A stretch of 64,000 nucleotides of DNA, from NCBI RefSeq assembly GCF_009914755.1, contig NC_060933.1; one strand, written 5' to 3'. Made by a program: the position numbers and the translations under genes. The stretch comes from the human T2T-CHM13v2.0 reference genome, Homo sapiens. Under the pieces are notes generated by a model. It made no database searches, was not told the DNA's origin, and saw only the letters and a program-made list of their open reading frames with translations. Shown here one piece after another: positions 1 to 11,384 of the stretch. Positions within the stretch are counted from its first letter, which is position 1. Each line of letters starts with the position of its first letter.

Positions 1-496
1 TTGTGATGTTTGCATTCACGTCACAGAACTGAACATTCCCTTTCATAGAGCATGTTTGAAACACTCTTTCTGTAGTATCTGCAAGCGGACGTTTTAAGCG
101 CTTTCAGGCCTGTGGTGAGAAAGGAAATATCTTCAAATAAAAACTAGACAGAAGCATTCTCAGAAACTTATTTGCGATGTGTGTCCTCAACTAACAGAGT
201 TGAACCTTTCTTTTGATACAACATTTTGGAAACACTCTTTTTGTAGAATCTGCAAGTGGATATTTGGATAGCTTTGAAGGTTTCGTTGGAAACGGGAATA
301 TCTTCATATGAAATCAAGACAGAAGCATTCTCAGAAACTTCTCTGTGATGTTTGCATTCAACTCATAGAGTTGAACACTTCCCTTCATACAGCAGGTTTG
401 AAACACTCTTTTTCTAATATTTGGAAGTGGACATTTGCAGCGCTTTGAGGCCTATGTTGAAAAAGGAAATATCTTCTCCTAAAAACCAGACAGAAG
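1..496 (+). repeat. Partial HOR end (C/D hybrid tetramer)
   Basis: C-type alleles (cacgtc, gcatgt) up to 53, then D-type alleles (gcaagcggacgtttt) from 85. Confidence 0.8.
281..297 (+). promoter_or_regulatory. Canonical CENP-B box (example; two per tetramer throughout the array)
   Basis: TTTCGTTGGAAACGGGA matches YTTCGTTGGAARCGGGA. Confidence 0.97.
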
Positions 497-622
497 CATT
501 CTCAGAAACTTCCTTGTGATGTGTGTACTCAAGTAACAGAGTTGAACCTTCCTTTTGACAGAGCAGTTTTGAAGCACTCTTTTTGTAGAATCTGCAAGTG
601 GATATTTTGATACCTTTGAGGA

Positions 623-639
623 TTTCGTTGGACACGGGA
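623..639 (+). promoter_or_regulatory. Variant CENP-B box of trimer monomer T1, core intact (one per HOR)
   Basis: TTTCGTTGGACACGGGA keeps the NTTCGNNNNANNCGGGN core. Confidence 0.85.
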
Positions 640-792
640 TATCGTCATATAAAATCTAGACAGAAGCATTCTCAGAAACTTCTTTGTTCTGTATGTCCTC
701 AATTAACAGAGTTGAACCTTTGTGTGGATACAGGATTTTGGAAACATTCCTTTAGTAGAATCTGCAAGTTGATATTTAGATAGCTAGGAAGA

Positions 793-809
793 TTTCCTTG
801 GAAACGGGA
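793..809 (+). promoter_or_regulatory. Degenerate CENP-B box of trimer monomer T2, predicted non-binding (one per HOR)
   Basis: TTTCCTTGGAAACGGGA has TTCC in place of the core TTCG. Confidence 0.85.
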
Positions 810-1301
810 ATATCTTCATATAAAATCTAGACGGAAGCATTCTCAGAAAGTGCTTTGTGATGTTTGCATTCAAGTCACAGAGTTGAATATTCCCTTTTAT
901 AGAGCAGGTTTGAAACACTCTTTCTGCACTACCTGGAAGTGGACATTTGGAGCGCTTTGAGGCCTATGTTGAAAAAGGAAATATCTTCCCATAAAAACTA
1001 GACAGAAGCATTCTCAGAAACTTGTTTGTGATGTGTGTATTCAACTAACAGAGATGAACCTTTCTTTTTACAGAGCAGTTTTGAAACACTCTTTTTGTGG
1101 AATCTGAAAGTGGATATTTGGATAGCTTTGCGGATTTCGTTGGAAACGGGATTACATATAAAACCTAGAGAGAAGCATTCTCAGGAACTTCTTTGTGATG
1201 TTTGCATTCAAGTCACAGAACTGAACATTCCCTTTCATAGAGCAAGTTTGAAACACTCTTTCTGTAGTATCTGCAAGCTGACGTTTCAAGCGCTTTCAGG
1301 C

Positions 1302-1318
1302 CTATGGTGAGAAAGGAA
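1302..1318 (-). promoter_or_regulatory. pJalpha-type box at the box-homologous position of non-CENP-B monomers (example)
   Basis: CTATGGTGAGAAAGGAA on + resembles the reverse complement of the pJalpha motif and alternates with the CENP-B boxes. Confidence 0.7.
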
Positions 1319-3048
1319 ATATCTTCAAGTAAAAACTAGACAGAAGCATTCTCAGAAACTTATTTGCCATGTGTGTTCTCAACTAACAGAGTTGAACCTT
1401 TGTTTTGATATGGCATTTTGGAAACACTCTTTTTGTAGAATCTGCAGGTGGATATTCGGATAGCTTTGAAGGTTTCGTTGGAAACGGGAATATCTTCATA
1501 TAAAATCTAGACGGAAGCATTCTCAGAAACTGCTTTGTGATGTTTTCATTCAAGTCACAGAGTAGAATGTTCCCTGTTATATACCAGGTTTGAGACACTC
1601 TTTCTGCACTACCTGGAAGTGGACATTTGCAGCGCTTTGAGGCCTATGATGAAAAAGGAAATATCTTCCCATAAAAACTAGACAGAAGCATTCTCAGAAA
1701 CTTGTTTTTGATGTGTGTATTCAACTAACAGAGATGAACCTTTCTTTTTACAGAGCAGTTTTGAAACACTCTTTTTGTGGAATCTGAAAGTGGATATTTG
1801 GATAGCTTTGAGGAATTCGTTGGAAACGGGATTACATATAAAATCTAGAGAGAAGCATTCTCAGGAACTTCTTTGTGATGTTTGCATTCACGTCACAGAA
1901 CTGAACATTCCCTTTCATAGAGCATGTTTGAAACACTCTTTCTGTAGTATCTGCAAACGGACATTTCAAACGCTTTCAGGCCTATGGTGAGAAAGGAAAT
2001 ATCTTCAAATAAAAACTAGACAGAAGCATTCTCAGAAACTTATTTGCGATGTGTGTCCTCAACTAACAGAGTTGAACCTTTCTTTTGATACAACATTTTG
2101 GAAACACTCTTTTTGTAGAATCTGCAAGTGGATATTTGAATAGCTTTGAAGGTTTCGTTGGAAACGGGAATATCTTCATATAAAATCAAGACAGAAGCAT
2201 TCTCAGAAACTTCTCTGTGATGTTTGCATTCAACTCATAGAGTTGAACACTTCCCTTCATACAGCAGGCTTGAAACACTCTTTTTGTAATATTTGGAAGT
2301 GGACATTTGCAGCGCTTTGAGGCCTATGATGAAAAAGGTAATATCTTCCCATAAAAACTAGACAGAAGCATTCTCAGAAACTTGTTTGTGATGTGTGTAT
2401 TCAACTAACAGAGATGAACCTTTCTTTTTACAGAGCAGTTTTGAAACACTCTTTTTGTGGAATCTGAAAGTGGATATTTGGATAGCTTTGCGGATTTCGT
2501 TGGAAACGGGATTACATATAAAATCTAGGGAGAAGCATTCTCAGGAACTTCTTTGTGATGTTTGCATTCAAGTCACAGAACTGAACATTCCCTTTCATAG
2601 AGCAGGTTTGAAACACTCTTTCTGTGGTATCTGCAAGCGGACGTTTTAAGCGCTTTCAGGCCTGTGGTGAGAAAGGAAATATCTTCAAATAAAAACTAGA
2701 CAGAAGCATTCTCAGAAACTTATTTGCGATGTGTGTCCTCAACTAACAGAGTTGAACCTTTCTTTTGATACAACATTTTGGAAACACTCTTTTTGTAGAA
2801 TCTGCAAGTGGATATTTGGATAGCTTTGAAGGTTTCGTTGGAAACGGGAATATCTTCATATGAAATCAAGACAGAAGCATTCTCAGAAACTTCTCTGTGA
2901 TGTTTGCATTCAACTCATAGAGTTGAACACTTCCCTTCATACAGCAGGTTTGAAACACTCTTTTTCTAATATTTGGAAGTGGACATTTGCAGCGCTTTGA
3001 GGCCTATGTTGAAAAAGGAAATATCTTCTCCTAAAAACCAGACAGAAG

Positions 3049-5600
3049 CATTCTCAGAAACTTCCTTGTGATGTGTGTACTCAAGTAACAGAGTTGAACC
3101 TTCCTTTTGACAGAGCAGTTTTGAAGCACTCTTTTTGTAGAATCTGCAAGTGGATATTTTGATACCTTTGAGGATTTCGTTGGACACGGGATATCTTCAT
3201 ATAAAATCTAGACAGAAGCATTCTCAGAAACTTCTTTGTGCTGTATGTCCTCAATTAACAGAGTTGAACCTTTGTGTGGATACAGCATTTTGGAAACATT
3301 CCTTTAGTAGAATCTGCAAGTTGATATTTAGATAGCTAGGAAGATTTCCTTGGAAACGGGAATATCTTCATATAAAATCTAGACGGAAGCATTCTCAGAA
3401 AGTGCTTTGTGATGTCTTCATTCAAGTCACAGAGTAGAATGTTCCCTTTTATAGAGCAGGTTTGAAACACTCTTTCTGCACTACCTGGAAGTGGACATTT
3501 GGAGCGCTTTGAGACCTATGTTGAAAAAGGAAATATCTTCCCATAAAAACTAGACAGAAGCATTCTCAGAAACTTGTTTGTGATGTGTGTATTCAACTAA
3601 CAGAGATGAACCTTTCTTTTTACAGAGCAGTTTTGAAACACTCTTTTTGTGGAATCTGAAAGTGGATATTTGGATAGCTTTGAGGATTTCGTTGGAAACG
3701 GGATTACATATAAAACCTAGAGAGAAGCATTCTCAGGAACTTCTTTGTGATGTTTGCCTTCAAGTCACAGGACTGAACATTCCCTTTCATAGAGCAGGTT
3801 TGAAACACTCTTTCTGTAGTATCTGCAAGCTGACGTTTCAAGCGCTTTCAGGCCTATGGTGACAAAGGAAATATCTTCAAGTAAAAACTAGACAGAAGCA
3901 TTCTCAGAAACTTATTTGCCATGTGTGTTCTCAACTAACAGAGTTGAACCTTTGTTTTGATACGGCATTTTGGAAACACTCTTTTTGTAGAATCTGCAGG
4001 TGGATATTCGGATAGCTTTGAAGGTTTCGTTGGAAACGGGAATATCTTCATATAAAATCTAGACGGAAGCATTCTCAGAAACTGCTTTGTGATGTTTTCA
4101 TTCAAGTCACAGAGTAGAATGTTCCCTGTTATATACCAGGTTTGAGACACTCTTTCTGCACTACCTGGAAGTGGACGTTTGGAGCGCTTTGAGGCCTATG
4201 GTGAAAAAGGAAATATCTTCCCATAAAAACTAGACAGAAGCATTCTCAGAAACTTGCTTGTGATGTGTGTATTCAACTAACAGAGATGAACCTTTCTTTT
4301 TACAGAGCAGTTTTGAAACACTCTTTTTGTGGAATCTGAAAGTGGATATTTGGATAGCTTTGAGGATTTCGTTGGAAACGGGATTACATATAAAACCTAG
4401 AGAGAAGCATTCTCAGGAACTTCTTTGTGATGTTTGCATTCAAGTCACAGAACTGAACATTCCCTTTCATAGAGCAGGTTTGAAACACTCTTTCTGTAGT
4501 ATCTGCAAGCTGACGTTTCAAGCGCTTTCAGGCCTATGGTGAGAAAGGAAATATCTTCAAGTAAAAACTAGACAGAAGCATTCTCAGAAACTTATTTGCG
4601 ATGTGTGTTCTCAACTAACAGAGTTGAACCTTTGTTTTGATATGGCATTTTGGAAACACTCTTTTTGTAGAATCTGCAGGTGGATATTCGGATAGCTTTG
4701 AAGGTTTCGTTGGAAACGGGAATATCTTCATATAAAATCTAGACGGAAGCATTCTCAGAAACTGCTTTGTGATGTTTTCATTCAAGTCACAGAGTAGAAT
4801 GTTCCCTGTTATATACCAGGTTTGAGACACTCTTTCTGCACTACCTGGAAGTGGACATTTGCAGCGCTTTGAGGCCTATGATGAAAAAGGAAATATCTTC
4901 CCATAAAAACTAGACAGAAGCATTCTCAGAAACTTGTTTGTGATGTGTGTATTCAACTAACAGAGATGAACCTTTCTTTTTACAGAGCAGTTTTGAAACA
5001 CTCTTTTTGTGGAATCTGAAAGTGGATATTTGGATAGCTTTGAGGATTTCGTTGGAAACGGGATTACATATAAAATCTAGAGAGAAGCATTCTCAGGAAC
5101 TTCTTTGTGATGTTTGCATTCACGTCACAGAACTGAACATTCCATTTCATAGAGCATGTTTGAAACTCTCTTTCTGTAGTATCTGCAAACGGACATTTCA
5201 AACGCTTTCAGGCCTATGGTGAGAAAGGAAATATCTTCAAATAAAAACTAGACAGAAGCATTCTCAGAAACTTATTTGCGATGTGTGTCCTCAACTAACA
5301 GAGTTGAACCTTTCTTTTGATACAACATTTTGGAAACACTCTTTTTGTAGAATCTGCAAGTGGATATTTGAATAGCTTTGAAGGTTTCGTTGGAAACGGG
5401 AATATCTTCATATAAAATCAAGACAGAAGCATTCTCAGAAACTTCTCTGTGATGTTTGCATTCAACTCATAGAGTTGAACACTTCCCTTCATACAGGAGG
5501 TTTGAAACACTCTTTTTGTAATATTTGGAAGTGGACATTTGCAGCGCTTTGAGGCCTATGTTGAAAAAGGAAATATCTTCTCCTAAATACCAGACAGAAG
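3049..5600 (+). repeat. HOR 15-mer, T-A-B-C (D lost), 2552 bp
   Basis: Tetramer ORFs at 3587, 4267, 4947; no D-type (KRTF-stop) tetramer. Confidence 0.9.
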
Positions 5601-8152
5601 GATTCTCAGAAACTTCCTTGTGATGTGTGTACTCAAGTAACAGAGTTGAACCTTCCTTTTGACAGAGCAGTTTTGAAGCACTCTTTTTGTAGAATCTGCA
5701 AGTGGATATTTTGATACCTTTGAGGATTTCGTTAGACACGGGATATCTTCATATAAAATCTAGACAGAAGCATTCTCAGAAACTTCTTTGTGCTGTATGT
5801 CCTCAATTAACAGAGTTGAACCTTTGTGTGGATACAGCATTTTGGAAACATTCCTTTAGTAGAATCTGCAAGTTGATATTTAGATAGCTAGGAAGATTTC
5901 CTTGGAAACGGGAATATCTTCATATAAAATCTAGACGGAAGCATTCTCAGAAAGTGCTTTGTGATGTTTGCATTCAAGTCACAGAGTTGAATATTCCCTT
6001 TTATAGAGCAGGTTTGAAACACTCTTTCTGCACTACCTGGAAGTGGACATTTGGAGCGCTTTGAGGCCTATGTTGAAAAAGGAAATATCTTCCCATAAAA
6101 ACTAGACAGAAGCATTCTCAGAAACTTGTTTGTGATGTGTGTATTCAACTAACAGAGATGAACCTTTCTTTTTACAGAGCAGTTTTGAAACACTCTTTTT
6201 GTGGAATCTGAAAGTAGATATTTGGATAGCTTTGAGGATTTCGTTGGAAACGGGATTACATATAAAACCTAGAGAGAAGCATTCTCAGGAACTTCTTTGT
6301 GATGTTTGCATTCAAGTCACAGAACTGAACATTCCCTTTCATAGAGCAGGTTTGAAACACTCTTTCTGTAGTATCTGCAAGCTGACGTTTCAAGCGCTTT
6401 CAGGCCTATGGTGAGAAAGGAAATATCTTCAAGTAAAAACTAGACAGAAGCATTCTCAGAAACTTATTTGCCATGTGTGTTCTCAACTAACAGAGTTGAA
6501 CCTTTGTTTTGATACGGCATTTTGGAAACACTCTTTTTGTAGAATCTGCAGGTGGATATTCGGATAGCTTTGAAGGTTTCGTTGGAAACGGGAATATCTT
6601 CATATAAAATCTAGACGGAAGCATTCTCAGAAACTGCTTTGTGATGTTTTCATTCAAGTCACAGAGTAGAATGTTCCCTGTTATATACCAGGTTTGAGAC
6701 ACTCTTTCTGCACTACCTGGAAGTGGACATTTGCAGCGCTTTGAGGCCTATGATGAAAAAGGAAATATCTTCCCATAAAAACTAGACAGAAGCATTCTCA
6801 GAAACTTGTTTGTGATGTGTGTATTCAACTAACAGAGATGAACCTTTCTTTTTACAGAGCAGTTTTGAAACACTCTTTTTGTGGAATCTGAAAGTGGATA
6901 TTTGGATAGCTTTGAGGATTTCGTTGGAAACGGGATTACATATAAAATCTAGAGAGAAGCATTCTCAGGAACTTCTTTGTGATGTTTGCATTCACGTCAC
7001 AGAACTGAACATTCCCTTTCATAGAGCATGTTTGAAACACTCTTTCTGTAGTATCTGCAAACGGACATTTCAAACGCTTTCAGGCCTATGGTGAGAAAGG
7101 AAATATCTTCAAATAAAAACTAGACAGAAGCATTCTCAGAAACTTATTTGCGATGTGTGTCCTCAACTAACAGAGTTGAACCTTTCTTTTGATACAACAT
7201 TTTGGAAACACTCTTTTTGTAGAATCTGCAAGTGGATATTTGAATAGCTTTGAAGGTTTCGTTGGAAACGGGAATATCTTCATATAAAATCAAGACAGAA
7301 GCATTCTCAGAAACTTCTCTGTGATGTTTGCATTCAACTCATAGAGTTGAACACTTCCCTTCATACAGCAGGTTTGAAACACTCTTTTTGTAATATTTGG
7401 AAGTGGACATTTGCAGCGCTTTGAGGCCTATGATGAAAAACGTAATATCTTCCCATAAAAACTAGACAGAAGCATTCTCAGAAACTTGTTTGTGATGTGT
7501 GTATTCAACTAACAGAGATGAACCTTTCTTTTTACAGAGCAGTTTTGAAACACTCTTTTTGTGGAATCTGAAAGTGGATATTTGGATAGCTTTGCGGATT
7601 TCGTTGGAAACGGGATTACATATAAAATCTAGGGAGAAGCATTCTCAGGAACTTCTTTGTGATGTTTGCATTCAAGTCACAGAACTGAACATTCCCTTTC
7701 ATAGAGCAGGTTTGAAACACTCTTTCTGTAGTATCTGCAAGCGGACGTTTTAAGCGCTTTCAGGCCTGTGGTGAGAAAGGAAATATCTTCAAATAAAAAC
7801 TAGACAGAAGCATTCTCAGAAACTTATTTGCGATGTGTGTCCTCAACTAACAGAGTTGAACCTTTCTTTTGATACAACATTTTGGAAACACTCTTTTTGT
7901 AGAATCTGCAAGTGGATATTTGGATAGCTTTGAAGGTTTCGTTGGAAACGGGAATATCTTCATATGAAATCAAGACAGAAGCATTCTCAGAAACTTCTCT
8001 GTGATGTTTGCATTCAACTCATAGAGTTGAACACTTCCCTTCATACAGCAGGTTTGAAACACTCTTTTTCTAATATTTGGAAGTGGACATTTGCAGCGCT
8101 TTGAGGCCTATGTTGAAAAAGGAAATATCTTCTCCTAAAAACCAGACAGAAG
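5601..8152 (+). repeat. HOR 15-mer, T-(A/B hybrid)-C-D, 2552 bp
   Basis: Tetramer ORFs at 6139, 6819, 7499. Confidence 0.9.
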
Positions 8153-11100
8153 CATTCTCAGAAACTTCCTTGTGATGTGTGTACTCAAGTAACAGAGTTG
8201 AACCTTCCTTTTGACAGAGCAGTTTTGAAGCACTCTTTTTGTAGAATCTGCAAGTGGATATTTTGATACCTTTGAGGATTTCGTTGGACACGGGATATCT
8301 TCATATAAAATCTAGACAGAAGCATTCTCAGAAACTTCTTTGTGCTGTATGTCCTCAATTAACAGAGTTGAACCTTTGTGTGGATACAGCATTTTGGAAA
8401 CATTCCTTTAGTAGAATCTGCAAGTTGATATTTAGATAGCTAGGAAGATTTCCTTGGAAACGGGAATATCTTCATATAAAATCTAGACGGAAGCATTCTC
8501 AGAAAGTGCTTTGTGATGTTTGCATTCAAGTCACAGAGTTGAATATTCCCTTTTATAGAGTAGGTTTGAAACACTCTTTCTGCACTACCTGGAAGTGGAC
8601 ATTTGGAGCGCTTTGAGGCCTATGTTGAAAAAGGAAATATCTTCCCATAAAAACTAGACAGAAGCATTCTCAGAAACTTGTTTGTGATGTGTGTATTCAA
8701 CTAACAGAGATGAACCTTTCTTTTTACAGAGCAGTTTTGAAACACTCTTTTTGTGGAATCTGAAAGTGGATATTTGGATAGCTTTGAGGATTTCGTTGGA
8801 AACGGGATTACATATAAAACCTAGAGAGAAGCATTCTCAGGAACTTCTTTGTGATGTTTGCCTTCAAGTCACAGGACTGAACATTCCCTTTCATAGAGCA
8901 GGTTTGAAACACTCTTTCTGTAGTATCTGCAAGCTGACGTTTCATGCGCTTTCAGGCCTATGGTGAGAAAGGAAATATCTTCAAGTAAAAACTAGACAGA
9001 AGCATTCTCAGAAACTTATTTGCCATGTGTGTTCTCAACTAACAGGGTTGAACCTTTGTTTTGATACGGCATTTTGGAAACACTCTTTTTGTAGAATCTG
9101 CAGGTGGATATTCGGATAGCTTTGAAGGTTTCGTTGGAAACGGGAATATCTTCATATAAAATCTAGACGGAAGCATTCTGAGAAACTGCTTTGTGATGTT
9201 TTCATTCAAGTCACAGAGTAGAATGTTCCCTGTTATATACCAGGTTTGAGACACTCTTTCTGCACTACCTGGAAGTGGACATTTGGAGCGCTTTGAGGCC
9301 TATGATGAAAAAGGAAATATCTTCCCATAAAAACTAGACAGAAGCATTCTCAGAAACTTGTTTGTGATGTGTGTATTCAACTAACAGAGATGAACCTTTC
9401 TTTTTACAGAGCAGTTTTGAAACACTCTTTTTGTGGAATCTGAAAGTGGATATTTGGATAGCTTTGAGGATTTCGTTGGAAACGGGATTACATATAAAAT
9501 CTAGAGAGAAGCATTCTCAGGAACTTCTTTGTGATGTTTGCATTCACGTCACAGAACTGAACATTCCCTTTCATAGAGCATGTTTGAAACACTCTTTCTG
9601 TAGTATCTGCAAACGGACATTTCAAACTCTTTCAGGCCTATGGTGAGAAAGGAAATATCTTCAAATAAAAACTAGACAGAAGCATTCTCAGAAACTTATT
9701 TGCGATGTGTGTCCTCAACTAACAGAGTTGAACCTTTCTTTTGAGACAACATTTTGGAAACACTCTTTTTGTAGAATCTGCAAGTGGATATTTGGATAGC
9801 TTTGAAGGTTTCGTTGGAAACGGGAATATCTTCATATAAAATCAAGACAGAAGCATTCTCAGAAACTTCTCTGTGATGTTTGCATTCAACTCATAGAGTT
9901 GAACACTTCCCTTCATACAGCAGGTTTGAAACACTCTTTTTGTAATATTTGGAAGTGGACATTTGCAGCGCTTTGAGGCCTATGATGAAAAAGGTAATAT
10001 CTTCCCATAAAAACTAGACAGAAGCATTCTCAGAAACTTGTTTGTGATGTGTGTATTCAACTAACAGAGATGAACCTTTCTTTTTACAGAGCAGTTTTGA
10101 AACACTCTTTTTGTGGAATCTGAAAGTGGATATTTGGATAGCTTTGCGGATTTCTTTGGAAACGGGATTACATATAAAATCTAGAGAGAAGCATTCTCAA
10201 GAACTTCTTTGTGATGTTTGCATTCAAGTCACAGAACTGAACATTCCCTTTCATAGAGCAGGTTTGAAACACTCTTTCTGTAGTATCTGCAAGCGGACGT
10301 TTTAAGCGCTTTCAGGCCTGTGGTGAGAAAGGAAATATCTTCAAATAAAAACTAGACAGAAGCATTCTCAGAAACTTATTTGCGATGTGTGTCCTCAACT
10401 AACAGAGTTGAACCTTTCTTTTGATACAACATTTTGGAAACACTCTTTTTGTAGAATCTGCAAGTGGATATTTGGATAACTTTGAAGGTTTCGTTGGAAA
10501 CGGGAATATCTTCATATGAAATCAAGACAGAAGCATTCTCAGAAACTTCTCTGTGATGTTTGCATTCAACTCATAGAGTTGAACACTTCCCTTCATACAG
10601 CAGGTTTGAAACACTCTTTTTCTAATATTTGGAAGTGGACATTTGCAGCGCTTTGAGGCCTATGATGAAAAAGGTAATATCTTCCCATAAAAACTAGACA
10701 GAAGCATTCTCAGAAACTTGTTTGTGATGTGTGTATTCAACTAACAGAGATGAACCTTTCTTTTTACAGAGCAGTTTTGAAACACTCTTTTTGTGGAATC
10801 TGAAAGTGGATATTTGGATAGCTTTGCGGATTTCGTTGGAAACGGGATTACATGTAAAATCTAGGGAGAAGCATTCTCAGGAACTTCTTTGTGATGTTTG
10901 CATTCAAGTCACAGATCTGAACATTCCCTTTCATAGAGCAGGTTTGAAACACTCTTTCTGTAGTATCTGCAAGCGGACGTTTTAAGCGCTTTCAGGCCTG
11001 TGGTGAGAAAGGAAATATCTTCAAATAAAAACTAGACAGAAGCATTCTCAGAATCTTATTTGCGATGTGTGTCCTCAACTAACAGAGTTGAACCTTTCTT

Positions 11101-11384
11101 TTGATACAACATTTTGGAAACACTCTTTTTGTAGAATCTGCAAGTGGATATTTGGATAGCTTTGAAGGTTTCGTTGGAAACGGGAATATCTTCATATGAA
11201 ATCAAGACAGAAGCATTCTCAGAAACTTCTCTGTGATGTTTGCATTCAACTCATAGAGTTGAACACTTCCCTTCATACAGCAGGTTTGAAACACTCTTTT
11301 TCTAATATTTGGAAGTGGACATTTGCAGCGCTTTGAGGCCTATGTTGAAAAAGGAAATATCTTCTCCTAAAAACCAGACAGAAG
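8153..11384 (+). repeat. Non-canonical HOR 19-mer, T-A-C-D-D, 3232 bp
   Basis: Two consecutive D-type tetramers (ORFs 10051, 10731) and no complete B. Confidence 0.9.

Larger units (their letters stand above)
497..3048 (+). repeat. HOR 15-mer, T-(A/B mosaic)-C-D, 2552 bp
   Basis: Trimer marker ORFs at 598 and 3150; tetramer ORFs at 1035, 1715, 2395. Confidence 0.9.

Noticed and set aside
1815-5745. Box variants attcgttggaaacggga (about 1815) and tttcgttagacacggga (about 5727) as CENP-B knockouts
   Set aside because: The changes fall at non-core N positions of NTTCGNNNNANNCGGGN.
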